NCBI GenBank assembly: GCA_007118145.1
Contig: SKSD01000010.1
Coordinates: forward strand, 582-64,581
Source: Halobacteriales archaeon
GTDB lineage: Archaea; Halobacteriota; Halobacteria; Halobacteriales; SKSH01
DNA length: 64,000 bases
Reading direction: 5' to 3'
The notes beneath the pieces are model-generated. The model saw only the letters and a program-made list of their open reading frames with translations, was not told the DNA's origin and did not search any database. Position 1 is the stretch's first letter; each line of letters starts with the position of its first letter. The translations under genes were made by a program, and so were the position numbers. This document shows, piece after piece, positions 58,819 to 64,000 of the stretch.

Positions 58819-59574
58819 TCAGATGTTCATCCCGCCGTTGACGCTGATGACCTCACCGGTGATATAAGATGCGTCCGGACCGGCGAGGAACCCGATCACG
58901 CCGGCGATATCCTCCACCTCGGCGAATCGGCCGAGGATGATCTTCCGTTTGATCTTCTCCTGGATCTCCTCATCGACCACCTTGAGCATGTCAGTCATCG
59001 TGAACCCCGGTGCAACGCAGTTGGCCGTCGAGCCGTACCGACCCATCTCGCGTGCGAGCGTACGGGTGAAGCCGATGAGTGCCGACTTGGTGGCTGCATA
59101 GTTCGCCTGACCGTAGTTTCCCTGCTCACCGACGATGCTCGAGATATTGATGAGACGGCCATGGTCAGATCCCACCAGGTCCTCATAGAAGGCACGGGTG
59201 CAGTAAAACGTCCCATGGAGATTCACCTCGATGACGTTATGCCAGTCAGCGTCGGTCATGCGATCGAATCGGGTATCCTTGGTGATCCCGGCGTTGTTGA
59301 TGAGGACATCCAACGTACCGAACGCATCGTGAACCTCAGCTGCCATGGCAGCCACTTCCGCCGGATCAGCGACATTCGCCTTGACGGGGATGGCCGACCC
59401 CCCAGCTTCGTTGATCTCCTCGACGGTCCGCTCTGCACTCTCGAGTGATGATTTGTAATTCACCGCTACCTCAGCACCTGCCTCGCCGAGTTCGATCGCC
59501 GTCGCCTTGCCGATACCACGCGACCCACCGGTCACCAGGCAGGTGCGGTCCTCGAGGGTTGTGTTCGGGCTCAT
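58819..59574 (-). CDS. phaB: Acetoacetyl-CoA reductase (SDR)
   Basis: VTGGSRGIG, NNAGITKD, GQANYAATKS, APGF..TDM, VNGG; directly downstream of phaC; start 59574. Confidence 0.82.
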   Translation of the reverse strand: MSPNTTLEDRTCLVTGGSRGIGKATAIELGEAGAEVAVNYKSSLESAERTVEEINEAGGSAIPVKANVADPAEVAAMAAEVHDAFGTLDVLINNAGITKDTRFDRMTDADWHNVIEVNLHGTFYCTRAFYEDLVGSDHGRLINISSIVGEQGNYGQANYAATKSALIGFTRTLAREMGRYGSTANCVAPGFTMTDMLKVVDEEIQEKIKRKIILGRFAEVEDIAGVIGFLAGPDASYITGEVISVNGGMNI

Positions 59575-59771
59575 GGTCGATATTGTGTTCACACCGCAGC
59601 AACCGTCCACCACGATGTTGTTGACAGGAAAATGATGATGAACGCAGGCATAAGGATTGTCCTCCGAATCGAACACTCAACGCGATGGCACCTCAGTCAC
59701 GACTAATCAGTTGACCCTCGTGCAGGTGCTCAGATACCTGCTGTAGGGGGTCAATCAGCTTGTTCGTGAAA

Positions 59772-61052
59772 TCAGGTCAGCTGTCGTGCCTGCTCGATGA
59801 GTGGAGTGAGTCGACCCTCGGGGATATCTGCCGCATCTGCCAGCGAGGCGGCATCTGCTCGGGCGAGTGCGGCGACCGAGTCGATCCCTGCACCACGCAG
59901 GCGTTCGGCATAGGTCGGTCCGATACCCTCGATCGACTCGAGACTGATGCCATTCGAGCGCTCTTCGTACCACTCCATCACCGATGGCCAGAGCTCAGCA
60001 TGCGACCTGCCTGAGACGGACAGGCCGATATGGCCGGTGGAGAACTCCATGATGGCCGTGTCATCGCTCGGGATCACCTCAGTGAAGGGTTTGCTCGAAT
60101 CTGGTGGGATGAGGTGATCGTACTCTCCGATGATCTGTAACACCGGCATCTCGATGCGCTCAATATCGACCGCCTCTCCATCGAGTTCGAGCTCATTATG
60201 GTAGAGCAGGTTACCCTGATAGAGCCACCTGAGAAACTGGACGTAGGCACGTCCTGCCACGTCGATCCCGTCGGAGAGCCAGCGCTCCATCCTCGCGAAG
60301 TTCTCAACTAGATCCTCGTTATCGAGATTATCTGCGAGATGGACGTACTTGGTGACGAAGTTATCGATGGGATCCATGAGGGCGAACCCATAATCCAGGA
60401 AATCAGAGGGTACGTTGCCGAAGGTATCGGTGACGGCCTCGGGGTCGTAGTACGACTCGTCACCCCACAACTCGAGGACCCCACCGGTATCGTCAAAGCA
60501 CAACCCGGCTGCCATCAGGCCGAGTGCGTTGACCTTCTCCGGCCGTAATGCGGCGTACATGGCACTCATCGTCCCACCCATACAGTACCCGAGTATGTTC
60601 ACCGTGTCCACAGAGGCGTCGTCTTTGACCTGGTCGACGCAGTTATCGATGTAACGCAACACGTAGTCATCGAGGCCAAGGGTGGTATCGAGTCGCGATG
60701 GTTCACCCCAGTCGATGAGGTAGGTGGTAAAACCAGCACGTTGGAGTTGTCTGATGACGCTTCGGTCTGGTTGGAGATCGAGGATATACGGCCGGTTGAT
60801 CAACGCATAGACGACCAGGATGGGGACGTCCTGCTCCGTGTCACCCTCGGGTTCGTACTTATGGAGTGTCAGCTTGTTCTCGCGGTAGATGACCTCACTC
60901 GGTGTCTCTCCGACATCGACATCCGCCATGACCGAGGCAACCTGTGTTCCCTCACCGACCTGCTCCATCGCCTGTGCGGCTGCTGACCAGATGTCTGCAC
61001 TCAGCTCGAATGGTGTCTTGTAACCGGTTGTCGGGATACGATCACTACTCAT
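59772..61052 (-). CDS. phaC: Class III PHA synthase catalytic subunit with C-terminal HhH domain
   Basis: [18 protein letters not shown], lipase box [30 protein letters not shown]; start ATG 61052. Confidence 0.96.
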   Translation of the reverse strand: MSSDRIPTTGYKTPFELSADIWSAAAQAMEQVGEGTQVASVMADVDVGETPSEVIYRENKLTLHKYEPEGDTEQDVPILVVYALINRPYILDLQPDRSVIRQLQRAGFTTYLIDWGEPSRLDTTLGLDDYVLRYIDNCVDQVKDDASVDTVNILGYCMGGTMSAMYAALRPEKVNALGLMAAGLCFDDTGGVLELWGDESYYDPEAVTDTFGNVPSDFLDYGFALMDPIDNFVTKYVHLADNLDNEDLVENFARMERWLSDGIDVAGRAYVQFLRWLYQGNLLYHNELELDGEAVDIERIEMPVLQIIGEYDHLIPPDSSKPFTEVIPSDDTAIMEFSTGHIGLSVSGRSHAELWPSVMEWYEERSNGISLESIEGIGPTYAERLRGAGIDSVAALARADAASLADAADIPEGRLTPLIEQARQLT

Positions 61053-61578
61053 CGCTCTCGAGTTGAGCCAGGATCTCATCGAGGCGTCGTTCAACGCCAT
61101 GTTGTCTACGTTCGAGCTCGACCAATCGCTCACCTACCTCCTCGACGTGGCCGACCGTGGCCATGCCCATCGCCTCGAGCATGTCCTGCATCGCCTCATC
61201 AGTCTGGCGCTGGATATCCAACATCGAACCGACCCCCTCACCGGTCGCCCGTGCGAAAGCCGTGGTCTGCATGATCTCCTGGAGTGAGTCATTCGTCGCG
61301 CGGAGCCAGATATCTCTGAACTCAGCTGGTTCGAACGACTCCCCCTCAGCCACCTGTGTCGCACGCTGTGCCATGCGAAGTGAGGCGTCCAACCAGACCT
61401 CATATGCACGTGCAATCCCGGTGGCACCAGACTCGAGGAACTCATCATCGGTGGACTGTTCAATGGCATCTCGCCAGGCCTCGATGAACTGTACCTGTGC
61501 CTGGACGTTCTGCTCGACACCCTCCATCATCCGCTCGTTCACCTGTTCGACGAAATCCATGGGATCCGATTGACTCAT
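61045..61578 (-). CDS. phaE: PHA synthase subunit PhaE
   Basis: [32 protein letters not shown]; overlaps phaC. Confidence 0.92.
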   Translation of the reverse strand: MSQSDPMDFVEQVNERMMEGVEQNVQAQVQFIEAWRDAIEQSTDDEFLESGATGIARAYEVWLDASLRMAQRATQVAEGESFEPAEFRDIWLRATNDSLQEIMQTTAFARATGEGVGSMLDIQRQTDEAMQDMLEAMGMATVGHVEEVGERLVELERRQHGVERRLDEILAQLESDE

Positions 61579-61631
61579 TGTATAAGATTACGGCCGTCGA
61601 GACCTAATAAGGTGGGTATTCGACGAGCGAC

Positions 61632-62108
61632 CTAGCTCTCGTCGATGTCGATGGTCTCGGCGACAGTCTCGGTCGTCGTCTGGAGTTCACCCGTCGCCTC
61701 GAGGTATGCCTCGATACCGGCATCGTACGCCTCGAGGAACGCATCGACGAACTCCTCATACGTCGTCTCTGCCTCGTCGAACGCCGACTCGGTAAACTCG
61801 AAGGACTCGTCGGTCGCCTCCTCGACGAGGTCGAGTTGCTCTTCGAAGGCACGCTGTGCCTCATTGAAACCCTCGAACTCCTCGGGGAGCATGCCCTCGA
61901 CGTTCGCGATGGAAGCCCGGGTGAGGGTCCGTGCGAACTCATTGTTCTGTGCCATCAACTTCCTCCAGGCATCAAAGCCCTGCTCGGACGCCTTCATCAT
62001 GGTCCGCTGTGCCTCAATCGCATCGTGCATCATCGACTGCTGCTGGTGCACGAGCGTGCGGTGGAAGTCAAACATCGATTCGATCGGTGTGGTGAGTTGT
62101 GTGCTCAT
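61632..62108 (-). CDS. phaP: Haloarchaeal phasin (PHA granule protein)
   Basis: Acidic amphipathic helical protein between phaR and phaE, matching the phaR-phaP-phaE-phaC order. Confidence 0.75.
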   Translation of the reverse strand: MSTQLTTPIESMFDFHRTLVHQQQSMMHDAIEAQRTMMKASEQGFDAWRKLMAQNNEFARTLTRASIANVEGMLPEEFEGFNEAQRAFEEQLDLVEEATDESFEFTESAFDEAETTYEEFVDAFLEAYDAGIEAYLEATGELQTTTETVAETIDIDES

Positions 62109-62113
62109 TGGTA

Positions 62114-62416
62114 TCACTCTCTGTTTCGTTTGATAGGGATGACGACCGCCTGCACGATGTCACCGTCCTCGATGTTGAGCGCCTCACGCTCCGCATCTGG
62201 GATGGAGATTCTACCGTTCGACTGTACGCGCGTCTTGAACGTCGCTGTGGCCAACTGCATCGGGCTTGGCCCGAGATTGTCACTTCCCATCCCGGTGAAC
62301 TCAGCGAACTGTTCGAACCACGCACGCTGAGCGGACGCGGCGTCCTTGCTGAACTCTTGCATCTGCTTGGCGAAGAGTGCAGGTGGGAATGCGACGGAGT
62401 CGTCTTCGGTCATCAC
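62114..62416 (-). CDS. phaR: AbrB-like PHA regulator
   Basis: ATFKTRVQSNGRISIPDAEREALNIEDGDIVQ. Confidence 0.88.
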   Translation of the reverse strand: MMTEDDSVAFPPALFAKQMQEFSKDAASAQRAWFEQFAEFTGMGSDNLGPSPMQLATATFKTRVQSNGRISIPDAEREALNIEDGDIVQAVVIPIKRNRE

Positions 62417-62451
62417 GTGGTGATTCGTCCTGAATGACCATAAAACTTCCT

Positions 62452-62473
62452 TTTGTTACCATTTGTTACCATT
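62452..62473. repeat. Tandem 10-bp direct repeat in the phaR/maoC divergent promoter region
   Basis: TTTGTTACCA TTTGTTACCA TT. Confidence 0.7.
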
Positions 62474-62558
62474 CATTGGTATTTAATGTGTTAAGAGGAC
62501 CATAATCCAACACCGTAGTGTCGGTAGATTAAAATGTAATTCACAACTACCGGAATTT

Positions 62559-63218
62559 ATGGCAAGCAATGGCGTGGATAACGGGACATCCACACCGATG
62601 GCGGTACAAGCCTGGAAAGCGCTCACGGCATCAGCCTTACAGGGTGTCAGGGCGACCAATCAGGCGATGCTTGCGCCGATCAAGGCCGGCGCCGCAGCCG
62701 CTGACACCGTCACCAACGACCCGACGGGCCATGAGGAGGCGACCATCCCGTCGATCGCCTATGAGGACGCCTACTGGAGCTTCGAACGAACCGTCGATGA
62801 GGTCGACGAGCTCAGTGTGGGCGACCTAGTCCGGTTCACCAAGCGCGTCACCGCCGAGGACGTGAGTGGGTTCGCGAATATCAGCGGTGACACGAACCGA
62901 CTGCACCTCGACGAGCGGTTCGCCCAACGAACCAGATTCGCCACGAGGATCGTTCATGGGACGCTCGTCTCGGGGATGATCTCAGCGGCTCTGGCCAGGT
63001 TACCGGGACTCACCATCTATCTCAGTCAGGACCTCGAGTTCCTCGGCCCGGTGGAGATCGGTGAGACGCTCACCGCCACAGTCGAGGTCGTCGAAGACCT
63101 CGGTAACGGGCGGTACCGACTCTCGACGGTCATCGAGAACGACGATGGTGAGCTCGTCATCGACGGTGAGGCGACCGTCCTTGTCGATCCGATCGAAACC
63201 GATCAGGGACAGCACTGA
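62559..63218 (+). CDS. MaoC-family (R)-specific enoyl-CoA hydratase (PhaJ-like)
   Basis: FANISGDTNRLHLD..FA..TRF..RIVHG; divergent from phaR. Confidence 0.9.
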   Translation: MASNGVDNGTSTPMAVQAWKALTASALQGVRATNQAMLAPIKAGAAAADTVTNDPTGHEEATIPSIAYEDAYWSFERTVDEVDELSVGDLVRFTKRVTAEDVSGFANISGDTNRLHLDERFAQRTRFATRIVHGTLVSGMISAALARLPGLTIYLSQDLEFLGPVEIGETLTATVEVVEDLGNGRYRLSTVIENDDGELVIDGEATVLVDPIETDQGQH

Positions 63219-63691
63219 ATCTGAGACGCTCCAGTCGGATTGTTGAGTTCTAACGCACGGACCATATCCTCGAACGAGCAGGTGGTATGACCAGTCGAAC
63301 ACGGTGCCAGTGCACGGGTCTCACCGCCAGAGGCATCGGTGACCTCGATCGCGAACGTGGGGAACACGATGACCTCCTCCTCGCTGTCGAGCAGGTGGTT
63401 CACACGACGATAACGTTCGAAAAACGGTGCGAGCGAGAGACTCATGCGATCGGCTGCTCGGTCGAGTCGTTCGAATAGCCTGAAGGCAGACGAATGGTCT
63501 GAAGAGGTGGTCGTCGCCCGAGCTGGCCACTCCCGTACCGAGAGTTCCTCGATGCACCCATGATCCGCCAGGTGATCGAGTCGATCAATCACGTCATGGA
63601 GTGATGAACCAGGCGGTAATTCGGACCGATGATACAGGGTGACGTGAAGCGACTCCGGGTCACTCAGCGGGACCTGCACGGTATCGATCAT
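63203..63691 (-). CDS. Haloarchaeal hypothetical protein (family often annotated as HTH-domain protein)
   Basis: IDRL..L...G.IE...V.EWP, SLAPFF, IVFP, APC motifs. Confidence 0.65.
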   Translation of the reverse strand: MIDTVQVPLSDPESLHVTLYHRSELPPGSSLHDVIDRLDHLADHGCIEELSVREWPARATTTSSDHSSAFRLFERLDRAADRMSLSLAPFFERYRRVNHLLDSEEEVIVFPTFAIEVTDASGGETRALAPCSTGHTTCSFEDMVRALELNNPTGASQIQCCP

Positions 63692-63867
63692 CGGATGGTC
63701 GCGACCTTGAGCTGTGCCTCAGGTCGCCGGGCGTCGACACTCTCTCGAGAGACGAACTCACCGATAGCCATGCACTCGAGACAGCCGGCAACCGTCTCTG
63801 AGTTATCACCGAAGACGCGGGCGAAGTCGTGGGTCACGAACGAATTACAGTTGGTGCAAACTGGCAT
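63688..63867 (-). CDS. Small CxxC...CxxC zinc-finger protein (59 aa), absent from the ORF track
   Basis: MPVCTNCNSFVTHDFARVFGDNSETVAGCLECM...; its TGA overlaps the ATG of the 63203-63691 gene (ATGA). Confidence 0.8.
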   Translation of the reverse strand: MPVCTNCNSFVTHDFARVFGDNSETVAGCLECMAIGEFVSRESVDARRPEAQLKVATIR

Positions 63868-64000
63868 CCCTTTCTACCTCGCTTGCATATCGTCTGAGAA
63901 TCCAGTTAATAAGCCATGGCTGTTCCTTTCAAACGGTACCGACCGATAGAATTATTACTGACTAATAGGGCGGGCCGATGACGCACGTGATGTGCAGGTT

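Noticed and set aside
58618-59448. 276-aa plus-strand ORF, and many similar antisense ORFs throughout
   Set aside because: Antisense shadow of phaB; long open antisense frames are expected from high-GC codon bias
1-64000. CRISPR arrays, tRNA/rRNA, integrases, defence or viral genes
   Set aside because: None recognised by eye in the sequence or the ORF translations

Overview
Haloarchaeal (Halobacteria-type) chromosomal segment, judged from very acidic proteins, Tat lipoproteins, PGF-CTERM surface proteins, AglB and a haloarchaeal-type PHA cluster. In order: the 3' end of an SDR gene; an unannotated, strongly structured ~270-nt minus-strand RNA (234-502) with its own BRE/TATA-like promoter, which is the most striking observation; a MacB/LolD-like ABC pair; a PLP decarboxylase; a large Ig-like membrane protein; PEP carboxykinase; a signalling-rich stretch with six histidine-kinase-fold genes (one with His->Gln at the phosphoacceptor site), UspA and a HEAT-repeat + GT2 pair; an orphan IS200/IS605 right end; a rearranged MoxR/DUF58/DUF4350 locus; a four-repeat LEA_2/WHy protein; an amino-sugar/sulfate/N-glycosylation cluster (two GlmU-like enzymes, glmS, AlkP-fold enzyme, CysD-like protein, flippase, GTs, methyltransferase, aglB, DUF368); and a contiguous PHA locus (thiolase alpha/beta, phaB, phaC, phaE, phaP, phaR, MaoC). 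No rRNA, tRNA, CRISPR array or intact transposase was seen. All family assignments come from motif recognition by eye, not database searches.
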